Below are positions 56,520 through 63,988 of a DNA stretch of 64,000 nt, in pieces (the first letter of the stretch is position 1; every line of letters begins with the position of its first letter). A program made the position numbers and the translations under genes. The notes under the pieces are model-generated. The model did not search any database, was not told the origin of the DNA, and saw only the letters and a program-made list of their open reading frames with translations. The DNA lies in IMG/VR virus record IMGVR_UViG_3300030102_006934, positions 1 to 64,000 of that record; one strand, written 5' to 3'.

Positions 56520-58870
56520 TATTAAAAGACGTGGTTAAAATACCACCTTATGCTAAAATTAAGGTTTATTGGGACGATAAACCTGAAAACTATTCTAGAG
56601 AATCTAGAGCTAGAGTTAAGAAATATTTCTCTAAAAAGTATGGTATAGCCCCACAAAATGTAAATGTTGTTTATAGACCAGTTAAGTTAAACAAGGACGG
56701 TAAACTAATCGAAGTTGATGGGGCAAACATAAATAATATAATGAGTATCCCATACCAAAGAAACTTATTCAAAGAGTGGTTAGATAGAGAAGCTAAAGAA
56801 GTCGACTTTAATAGGATAATTTCACTAGATAACAAAGTTAATGGTGAGTTAACACTTGAACTAGAAGAAAAACTACATAAGAAATACAAACTATCCTGGT
56901 TATTAATAAATAATTTTCTTTCATTTGGGCCTAATAATTATTTACCTATAGAAAATTATGGTGGCTTTACCGTTGTTAATTCGGAACCAGCTAATCAAGG
57001 TGGTAAAACCACACTAACAGTTGATGCCATTAAATTTCTTTTTTTTGGTAAAACAACTAAAACTGATAAGAATGAAGAGGTGTTTAATCAGTTTAATGAA
57101 GAAACTACTTTAGTCGTTAGAGGAATGATTAACATTGAAGGTGAGGATGATTTTATAATAGAGAGAAAACTAGATAGAAAACCAAAGAGAAAGGGTGGGT
57201 GGAACATAACAAATAAATTAACCTATTATAGAATTTTACCAGATGGTGAAGAAGAAGAACTAAACGATGAGGATGCAAAAAAAACAACTGAAGTTATAAA
57301 AGAAACTGTAGGTACCGAGAAAGATTTTGATTTAGTTGTTTTAGCAACATCTAAAAACTTAGACGACCTAGTGGATTCAACAGCTGGTGAGAGTGGTAAA
57401 TTATTAACCAGATTTATAGGTTTAGAAATACTATCCTTAAAAGAAGGTGTGGTCAGGAAAATGCATAATGATTTTACTAAAAAAATGAAATCTAATTTAT
57501 ACGACACAGAAACACTTAAAGAAGAAATAGAAGAGCATAATACCGAACTAGAAGAGTTAAACATAGATAAAGATAAAAACAATAAAGACTTATCATTAGA
57601 AAAAAAATTAAATAAGAGTTTACAAGATAAAAAAATTAAGTTAGTTGAATCTAAAATTAAAATTGATGACGATGTTTTATCTTTAAACCCCAAAACACTA
57701 GAAAGTGAAATAGAAAGTATAACTAAATTAGGTAAATCACACAAAGAGTCCATAAAAAAATACAATGAAGAGATAAAGTCAATTGGTGTTATAAAATTCG
57801 ATGAAGACTTACATTTTAATTTAACAAATTCAAAAACAACTATGCTTGGGGATATTGCGGTTAAGGAATCTGAAATTAATAGAATTAAAGCAATTGTGGA
57901 AGACTTAGTTATGGGTGGAACATGTCAAGCATGTAATAGACCTTTAGATAATGTAGACAATACTAATCATATAAATAAGCATAATAGTGAAATTAATAAC
58001 CTTAATAGGGAAAAAGAAACTATAACCAGGAAATTAACAAATATTAACAAAAAAATAGAGTCAATGTCAGAGTCTAAGAAACTTATTGACAATAAAAACA
58101 AAATTGAATTAAAAAAAGACAGACTAGAGGTAGAAATTGACGGATTAAGGGTAGATATTAAGAATAAAATGTCTGATTTATCTAAATATAAATTAAATTT
58201 AGATGGAATAGATAAAAATAAATCTATAGATAGTGAAATAACCTCTATTGATACTAAAATAGTCGTTTCAGATAAACAAATAGACGATATTAATGAAAAA
58301 TTAAGAGATATAGCAATAAAAATAGATAGTAATAGTAAAGATATAAAACTTAAAGAAGGGCTTATAAATACAATCTCTAAAGAGAAAGAAATTGAGACTA
58401 TTTTTAAACTTTATATAGATATGATTGGTAAAAAGGGAATATCTAAATTAATATTAAGGTCTGTTTTACCAATAATTAATGGCGAACTACAGAGATTATT
58501 AGAGGATATAACTGATTTTGAAGTTGAAGTTTACATTGATGATAAAAACGAAGTTAGATATTTAATAATAAAGGATGGTGTTGAGAAGCCCCTTAAGTCT
58601 GGTAGTGGTTACGAGTTAACTACATCTAGCATAGCTTTAAGATGTGTATTGGGTAAAATGTCATCACTACCAACACCTAACTTTATAGTATTTGATGAAG
58701 TAATGGGTAGAGTTGCCGCTGAAAATTTATCTAAAATGAAACCACTATTTGATAGAATATCTGATATGTATGATATTGTTTTTTTTATAACTCAGAATGA
58801 TACCGTAAAAGATTGGTCAAATAAAATAATTACGGTCATAAAAGAAAATAACATATCTAGACTTAAATAA
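56516..58870 (+). CDS. sbcC: SbcC/Rad50/gp46-like SMC ATPase with an extra N-terminal domain (ORF track start 56501; ATGA overlap at 56516)
   Basis: LINNFLSFG, Walker A ANQGGKTT, long coiled coil with Zn hook CQAC, signature variant KSGSGYE, Walker B/D-loop IVFDEVMG, and FFITQ. Confidence 0.92.
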   Translation: MILKDVVKIPPYAKIKVYWDDKPENYSRESRARVKKYFSKKYGIAPQNVNVVYRPVKLNKDGKLIEVDGANINNIMSIPYQRNLFKEWLDREAKEVDFNRIISLDNKVNGELTLELEEKLHKKYKLSWLLINNFLSFGPNNYLPIENYGGFTVVNSEPANQGGKTTLTVDAIKFLFFGKTTKTDKNEEVFNQFNEETTLVVRGMINIEGEDDFIIERKLDRKPKRKGGWNITNKLTYYRILPDGEEEELNDEDAKKTTEVIKETVGTEKDFDLVVLATSKNLDDLVDSTAGESGKLLTRFIGLEILSLKEGVVRKMHNDFTKKMKSNLYDTETLKEEIEEHNTELEELNIDKDKNNKDLSLEKKLNKSLQDKKIKLVESKIKIDDDVLSLNPKTLESEIESITKLGKSHKESIKKYNEEIKSIGVIKFDEDLHFNLTNSKTTMLGDIAVKESEINRIKAIVEDLVMGGTCQACNRPLDNVDNTNHINKHNSEINNLNREKETITRKLTNINKKIESMSESKKLIDNKNKIELKKDRLEVEIDGLRVDIKNKMSDLSKYKLNLDGIDKNKSIDSEITSIDTKIVVSDKQIDDINEKLRDIAIKIDSNSKDIKLKEGLINTISKEKEIETIFKLYIDMIGKKGISKLILRSVLPIINGELQRLLEDITDFEVEVYIDDKNEVRYLIIKDGVEKPLKSGSGYELTTSSIALRCVLGKMSSLPTPNFIVFDEVMGRVAAENLSKMKPLFDRISDMYDIVFFITQNDTVKDWSNKIITVIKENNISRLK

Positions 58871-58902
58871 TTTGGAAATATCAAGTAATTATTATATATT
58901 TG
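58871..58902 (+). promoter_or_regulatory. Bacteroidota sigma-A type early promoter
   Basis: TTTG 58871-58874, 20-nt spacer, TATATTTG 58895-58902. Confidence 0.75.
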
Positions 58903-58921
58903 AATAAATAAAAAAAATAAG

Positions 58922-59485
58922 ATGGAAATGAAATTTAGAAATTACTGTATTGTTTTACTAGGTAAAACAAAAGGAGTTAAAATGGAAATAGCTAAAATAG
59001 CGGACGGGGACCCAAGATTTTTAGATGCTAAAGGATTAACAATCAGTACGTTTATTAGTGTAGCTGAACCAAAAGAATTATCTGATTATTTTAAATCATT
59101 AAATAGAAATTTTATGTTGTTCGATATGAATACCAATTTTTCTGGTTATAATCTAGAAAATGAAAAACTACATGAGACTTTATTTTCAGATATAATCGAA
59201 AATAATAGTAACAATAATTTAGAGGACATGTCAAATAGATTAATAGATGATATTAATGAATCTATAATTATAAACCCAATTAGTGGTTCTAGTAAACACT
59301 TTAATGAAAAATTGAGAAGAGTTGTTGAAGATATAAACTTTGAACCCAAAGCTGTTAAATTAGACCTAAATAACTTATCAAAGACTGATAGAGAAACAAT
59401 GATTAATAAAATTTTGGATAAAGGTTATGAAAATTTCAGTGAAAATGATAAAAAAATATTAAAAAAAATAGGTATGTCTTTCTAA
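58922..59485 (+). CDS. Hypothetical protein with a DUF6576-like C-terminal helical motif
   Basis: C-terminal MINKILDKGYENFSENDKKILKK resembles the ID.ILDK...G..SLT..EK..L motif. Confidence 0.7.
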   Translation: MEMKFRNYCIVLLGKTKGVKMEIAKIADGDPRFLDAKGLTISTFISVAEPKELSDYFKSLNRNFMLFDMNTNFSGYNLENEKLHETLFSDIIENNSNNNLEDMSNRLIDDINESIIINPISGSSKHFNEKLRRVVEDINFEPKAVKLDLNNLSKTDRETMINKILDKGYENFSENDKKILKKIGMSF

Positions 59486-59490
59486 AAAAC

Positions 59491-59520
59491 TTTACTTTTT
59501 CAATAAATTACGTATAATAA
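59491..59520 (+). promoter_or_regulatory. Possible second-class promoter TTTACT-N16-TATAAT upstream of the sigma gene
   Basis: TTTACT 59491-59496 and TATAAT 59513-59518. Confidence 0.5.
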
Positions 59521-59573
59521 TATGTCGACCTAACCAGTGACAACGCATAACGATTTTTATGAATTAAAAATTA

Positions 59574-60407
59574 ATGAGTAAGACATACGTAAATTCAAAC
59601 GGTGACGATAGCATATCAAAATACTTTAAAGAAATCAGAAAAAGCGACCTACTTAGCCCAGACGAAGAGGTTGAATTAGCAAAAAGAATACAAAAAGGTG
59701 ATAAATTAGCAACAGACAAGTTAGTAAATTCTAATTTGAAGTTTGTTATATCAATTGCAAAAGAATACCAAGGTCAAGGCTTATCCCTTAGCGACCTAAT
59801 AAGTGAGGGTAATCTAGGTCTAGTAAAAGCAGCTAGTAGATTCGACCACACAAGGGGTTTTAGGTTTATATCATATGCTGTTTGGTGGATAAAACAATCT
59901 ATAATACAGAGCTTAAATGATAATGCAAGAATAATTAGATTACCAGCCAATGTTATTGCTAAGATTTCTAATATGAAAAAAGAAATCGAAAAAGAACAAT
60001 CTATTAGAGATAGAGATATTTCCATAGAGGAAATGAGGAGCTCAGAAAACTTCGTTGACTTATCAAAAATACCATCTTGTGGTTCTATAAATGAAGTTAT
60101 AAATGATGAAGGGGATGAATTACATGAACTTATTGAAGATAAAAGTAATTTAAAAGATGATGGGATATATGATATAGATGATAGAGTTAAAAAAGAAATT
60201 GGTGTTGCACTAAATAAACTAAATAACAGAGAAAAAGACATTATAATCTCTTATTTTGGCTTAAATAGTGACATTGAGTGCATGACACTTGAAGCTATAG
60301 GTGATAAATTTGGTATTACTAAAGAGAGAGTAAGACAATTAAAAGAGAAGGCCATTCGAAAAATGAGGCACAATGCAAGTGATATTTTTGATGCTTTAAA
60401 TGAATAA
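59574..60407 (+). CDS. Phage-encoded sigma70-family factor (RpoD/Bacteroidota SigA-like, no region 1.1)
   Basis: Region 1.2 DSISKYFKEI...LLSPDEEVELA; region 2 NLKFVISIAKEY...DLISEGNLGLVKAASRFDHTRGFRFISYAVWWIKQSI; region 4.2 MTLEAIGDKFGITKERVRQLKEKA. Confidence 0.95.
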   Translation: MSKTYVNSNGDDSISKYFKEIRKSDLLSPDEEVELAKRIQKGDKLATDKLVNSNLKFVISIAKEYQGQGLSLSDLISEGNLGLVKAASRFDHTRGFRFISYAVWWIKQSIIQSLNDNARIIRLPANVIAKISNMKKEIEKEQSIRDRDISIEEMRSSENFVDLSKIPSCGSINEVINDEGDELHELIEDKSNLKDDGIYDIDDRVKKEIGVALNKLNNREKDIIISYFGLNSDIECMTLEAIGDKFGITKERVRQLKEKAIRKMRHNASDIFDALNE

Positions 60408-60412
60408 TTAAG

Positions 60413-60420
60413 TATTTATT
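60413..60420 (+). promoter_or_regulatory. Putative late-promoter motif TATTTATT
   Basis: Ends 7 nt before the ATG at 60428, heading the membrane/lysis-like module. Confidence 0.5.
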
Positions 60421-60427
60421 TAATACT

Positions 60428-61633
60428 ATGAAGAAAATATTATCGTACTTAATACTCGTAATGGCACTAGGTATGGCAACTACAGTTGCCTACGTGTCAA
60501 TTAGTGGGCTTTTGAAAGTATTTGCTGGAGCTGGATTAGTCGGCCTAATACTATTCAGCTCAATAGAAGCAGCTAAAATAGTTGCAACATCCGCAATACA
60601 TACCTATGGTAAAAAAATTGGTTGGTTATACAATTCAATACTATCATTATTCATTTTTATTGCAATGGTAATTACCTCTATGGGTATATATGGTTTTTTA
60701 GCATCAAGCTATAAAGAAACATTTACTAAATTTGAAAATCTAGAAACCACTATCGAACTATTAGATAAAAAGCGAGATGGTTATCAAAAACAACTAGAAA
60801 TCGTTAATGATGAAAAAGAGTCTTTAAATAAAACAATAAGTGAGTTATCTAAAGGGTTATCAAATAATGTAATACAGTATAAAGATAAAGAAACTGGTCA
60901 AATAATAACAACCACATCATCTTCAACAAGAAGAGTATTACAAAAACAATTAGATAGGCAGATTGAGAGACAAGACGAACTCAATAAAAAATCTGAAAAT
61001 TTAAGTGATAAAGTATTTGAAACGGATAGCGAAATTACTGATGTTAAACTAAATAATGACGTTGGCTCCGAACTAGGCCCCCTTAGATACCTATCTGACA
61101 TTACAGGCATGTCAATGGATGAAGTCATGAAGTACTTCATAATTTTATTAATTATTATAGGAGACCCAATGGCGGTGGTTATGGTTATTGTGTTTAACAA
61201 AATAGTTAAGCGTGATGATGAAGATGAGTCATATGAAGTATTAAATGTTAAAACTAAAAAAGTTGAGTCAAATAAAAAAACAAAAAGTGATATAAACTCT
61301 GAAGACATTACTGAAGAGCTTGAAAATGTTTTGGGGAATGATGATTTAACTGATTATGATACCGACATTGAAATAGAATATGAAGATGAAATAGAAGAAC
61401 CAAATGAAGAATTAAGTCAAATTAAGACTGAAATAGTTAAAGAGCCTAAGGATAAAGAAACAAAATCAACTATAAATATAGAGGACATAAAAGAGATAAA
61501 GGAAAAGGGTTTGATAGCACCCACAATAAAAAAATACAAGAACGAGATTAATAGAATTGGTTCAAATAAAGAAGTCAGAAACGGAGATACCAATAAATTA
61601 TACTTTAAGAAGAGAAAAGATGACAAGTCTTAA
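60428..61633 (+). CDS. Multi-pass membrane protein with long coiled coil (DUF4407-like)
   Basis: Three N-terminal hydrophobic helices, about 130 aa of coiled coil, ELGPLRYL, a fourth TM (FIILLIIIGDPMAVVMVIVF), and an acidic tail. Confidence 0.75.
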   Translation: MKKILSYLILVMALGMATTVAYVSISGLLKVFAGAGLVGLILFSSIEAAKIVATSAIHTYGKKIGWLYNSILSLFIFIAMVITSMGIYGFLASSYKETFTKFENLETTIELLDKKRDGYQKQLEIVNDEKESLNKTISELSKGLSNNVIQYKDKETGQIITTTSSSTRRVLQKQLDRQIERQDELNKKSENLSDKVFETDSEITDVKLNNDVGSELGPLRYLSDITGMSMDEVMKYFIILLIIIGDPMAVVMVIVFNKIVKRDDEDESYEVLNVKTKKVESNKKTKSDINSEDITEELENVLGNDDLTDYDTDIEIEYEDEIEEPNEELSQIKTEIVKEPKDKETKSTINIEDIKEIKEKGLIAPTIKKYKNEINRIGSNKEVRNGDTNKLYFKKRKDDKS

Positions 61634-62255
61634 AATAAATAAAAAAGATTTTAAGTTAAAAAAAACAAACTTCATAAAAGAAGTCACCGATAAAGATAGA
61701 ATTATTATTGGGAACACATATGCCATAGATATGAATCATTTCACAGGTTGGGAACTTAGACTTGGCGGTCTTTATAAAAAAACATCTATGTTTACAGTAA
61801 GATTAGACGGAACGATACACCAACACTTTTCACCAAAATATTATTCAAAAGCTTTTGAAGATAGAATAATTAATGAAACATCTATAACTATTCTATTAGA
61901 AAATGAGGGGTGGTTAGAACTTTACAATAATGAAAGAAATGAGTATATTAACTCAATGGGCTATATTTATAATAGAAACGATTCTGTTATAAATAAAAAA
62001 TGGAGGAACAAGATATATTGGGCCCCATATAGTGATGAGCAGTTAAAATCTGTATACGTTTTATGTGAAAAATTATGTGGCGAATTTAATATACCACTTA
62101 AAGCAATAAGTCATAATACTAATATAGATAAACCAAACAACTATTATGGCGTGCTTTATAAAAGTAACTTTAATAAAAACCAAACAGACGTAAACCCAAA
62201 TTGGGATTGCAAATGGATAAAAAGTAAATTAGAAAATATTGATTATGAAAATTAA
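61620..62255 (+). CDS. Amidase_2-fold protein with degenerate active site (ORF track start 61557)
   Basis: Scaffold motifs RIIIGNT / MFTVRLDGTIHQ / NETSITILLEN / YSDEQLKSVYVLCEKLCGEFNIP / TDVNP parallel Amidase_2, but the His ligands are missing. Confidence 0.6.
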   Translation: MTSLKINKKDFKLKKTNFIKEVTDKDRIIIGNTYAIDMNHFTGWELRLGGLYKKTSMFTVRLDGTIHQHFSPKYYSKAFEDRIINETSITILLENEGWLELYNNERNEYINSMGYIYNRNDSVINKKWRNKIYWAPYSDEQLKSVYVLCEKLCGEFNIPLKAISHNTNIDKPNNYYGVLYKSNFNKNQTDVNPNWDCKWIKSKLENIDYEN

Positions 62256-62688
62256 TGAACACGACATGACAAAACAAATGCTTGGTAAAATCAGAAGTAA
62301 ATCAAGCAATGTTAAAAACTTAATTAAAGAGGAAAACGAATCTGAAATGAGTGGTGATTTTGAATCATCTCTAGATGATGTTGAAAAAGACTATTTAGAT
62401 AAAGATAAAAGCTCATTTATTGAAAAAGTTGACCCAGGGGCCAAAATTACTAATTATGCTGTAGATAAAGAAACTGAAAACGTAACCATGGGTGGAACCT
62501 TAGCCAATACTATGGAGTGGTCCTATTCAAAAGGTAACGGAGTCGAACTAGGAACGCCTGTTGGTTCTAGATACGTTAATTTTACAAAAGATGATTTAAA
62601 AGTACTTAACACATTAGTTAATTATTACGACCTGTGGAAGAATGAATGGTTTAAAAGATTCAATGAAGACACTATGTTAAAAAAATAA
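62245..62688 (+). CDS. Hypothetical protein (ORF track start 62239)
   Basis: MKINEHDMTKQML...LIKEE leader; acidic. Confidence 0.7.
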   Translation: MKINEHDMTKQMLGKIRSKSSNVKNLIKEENESEMSGDFESSLDDVEKDYLDKDKSSFIEKVDPGAKITNYAVDKETENVTMGGTLANTMEWSYSKGNGVELGTPVGSRYVNFTKDDLKVLNTLVNYYDLWKNEWFKRFNEDTMLKK

Positions 62689-62691
62689 CTT

Positions 62692-63075
62692 ATGAGTAAA
62701 AATAATATAAATATTAATATTGATATGAAAATTATTTTTATAATAATACTAGGTGGTCTACTTATTTTTCAGTTTATGTTTAAAGATGGTACTGTTATTG
62801 AAAAATATGAAAAAGAAATTGAAGACTTAAGAGTTAAAAATAATGAATTAACGATAAGCAATAAAAAATTGTTAAGCGTTAATAAAGAGTTGATAAGGGA
62901 AATTGATAGTTTGTACTACTCCATAGATAGTACAGTTGCTGAAATTATGGAGAAGGATAGAAAAATTGATAGTTTAGAATATGAAAAAGGTAAAGTTACT
63001 GGTTTTGTTAACAAGCTTAATGCTAATGGCGTTACAAGTGAAATCTCAAAATACCTTAACAGAAGAGACAAATAG
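62692..63075 (+). CDS. Inner-membrane spanin-like protein (N-terminal TM plus periplasmic coiled coil)
   Basis: IIFIIILGGLLIFQFMF followed by about 90 aa of heptad repeats; the Rz-like role is inferred from topology. Confidence 0.55.
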   Translation: MSKNNININIDMKIIFIIILGGLLIFQFMFKDGTVIEKYEKEIEDLRVKNNELTISNKKLLSVNKELIREIDSLYYSIDSTVAEIMEKDRKIDSLEYEKGKVTGFVNKLNANGVTSEISKYLNRRDK

Positions 63076-63457
63076 AGTCTTTACTTACGTTAATGATTTT
63101 GGGGACACAATGGTAAGCATGAATATTGAAGATGCTAAAACACTTTTAGAAGACGTTTTACATTATGAATATGCTGATAGTTTATTAAAAGTCTATATAG
63201 CTAAAGATAGCCTTAACAATGAGAGATTTGAAATGCAAAAAAGTACAATACTAAAGCTTAGTAAGGTTCAAAGTAATCAAGATGAAATCATTAATAACCT
63301 AGAAGAAATGGTTAAAAATAAAGATACCGAAAACAACCTTAAGGACGATATAATAGAACAACAGGATAAGGAAATTAAGAAACAAAAAATACTAAAAAAA
63401 TTAGGTTTTAGTGGTTCGGTTATATTACCCATAATTGTATTACTAATTTTAATTTAA
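62981..63457 (+). CDS. Exported coiled-coil protein with signal peptide and C-terminal TM (spanin-partner-like)
   Basis: MKKVKLLVLLTSLMLMALQVKS|Q signal peptide, coiled coil, and C-terminal GFSGSVILPIIVLLILI; overlaps the previous gene by 95 nt in another frame. Confidence 0.6.
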   Translation: MKKVKLLVLLTSLMLMALQVKSQNTLTEETNRVFTYVNDFGDTMVSMNIEDAKTLLEDVLHYEYADSLLKVYIAKDSLNNERFEMQKSTILKLSKVQSNQDEIINNLEEMVKNKDTENNLKDDIIEQQDKEIKKQKILKKLGFSGSVILPIIVLLILI

Positions 63458-63458
63458 T

Positions 63459-63617
63459 ATGAAACAAGTAATTCCAACACACGACCCACAAACTGGTGAG
63501 CTAAACCCTTACTACGAAGAACTAACTGGTGAAAAAAATCCATTAGAAATCCAAGACAAAACAGTTAAATTAACTAAGTTAGAAAAAATTATAGGTAAAA
63601 TAAAGAAAAGCTTATGA
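63459..63617 (+). CDS. Small hypothetical protein not in the ORF track (52 aa)
   Basis: MKQVIPTHDPQTGELNPYYEELTGEKNPLEIQDKTVKLTKLEKIIGKIKKSL; ATG 1 nt after the upstream stop; ATGA overlap with 63614. Confidence 0.7.
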   Translation: MKQVIPTHDPQTGELNPYYEELTGEKNPLEIQDKTVKLTKLEKIIGKIKKSL

Positions 63618-63988
63618 ATATGTTAGAAATCAATTGGTGGTATAAAAATCCTGTTGATTTTGAACATAAAAAATGGACATTAATGGCCTACTTAAAAAGT
63701 ATGGACGAGTCATTTCATAAGAAAAAATTTTCACCATGGTTATTACACTCTGAAGGCTTATTATTTGATATGCTAGACTCAAAACGAAGAATATTAAAAC
63801 TTACTGATGACTTAACCGAGAATGTTCTTATTTTTGAAAACAATTATATTTATAACGATATTAGAAAACCAAAAATGGGTGAACTAAGAACTTACTTAAA
63901 TATATTAAATTATTCAATACCCTTATTGAGTAATAAGATTGATTTTGGTTGGCAATTATGGAAAGATAACCCATCAATACTATTTTAA
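63614..63988 (+). CDS. Hypothetical protein
   Basis: 124 aa; WWYKNPVDFEHKKWTLMAYL; coupled to the upstream small ORF. Confidence 0.7.
   Translation: MNMLEINWWYKNPVDFEHKKWTLMAYLKSMDESFHKKKFSPWLLHSEGLLFDMLDSKRRILKLTDDLTENVLIFENNYIYNDIRKPKMGELRTYLNILNYSIPLLSNKIDFGWQLWKDNPSILF

Noticed and set aside
59522-59533. Tiny uORF ATG-TCG-ACC-TAA in front of the sigma gene
   Set aside because: Three codons only and probably at or before the transcription start; nothing distinguishes it from chance without TSS or Ribo-seq data.
123-61626. Numerous minus-strand ORFs in the track (e.g. 2273-2581, 6644-7348, 13847-14347, 44338-44910, 57226-57765, 59774-60241)
   Set aside because: They lie wholly antisense to long, motif-bearing + strand genes and have Ser/Leu/Phe-rich shadow composition. 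Only 52995-53315 and 53315-53866 occupy their own space.
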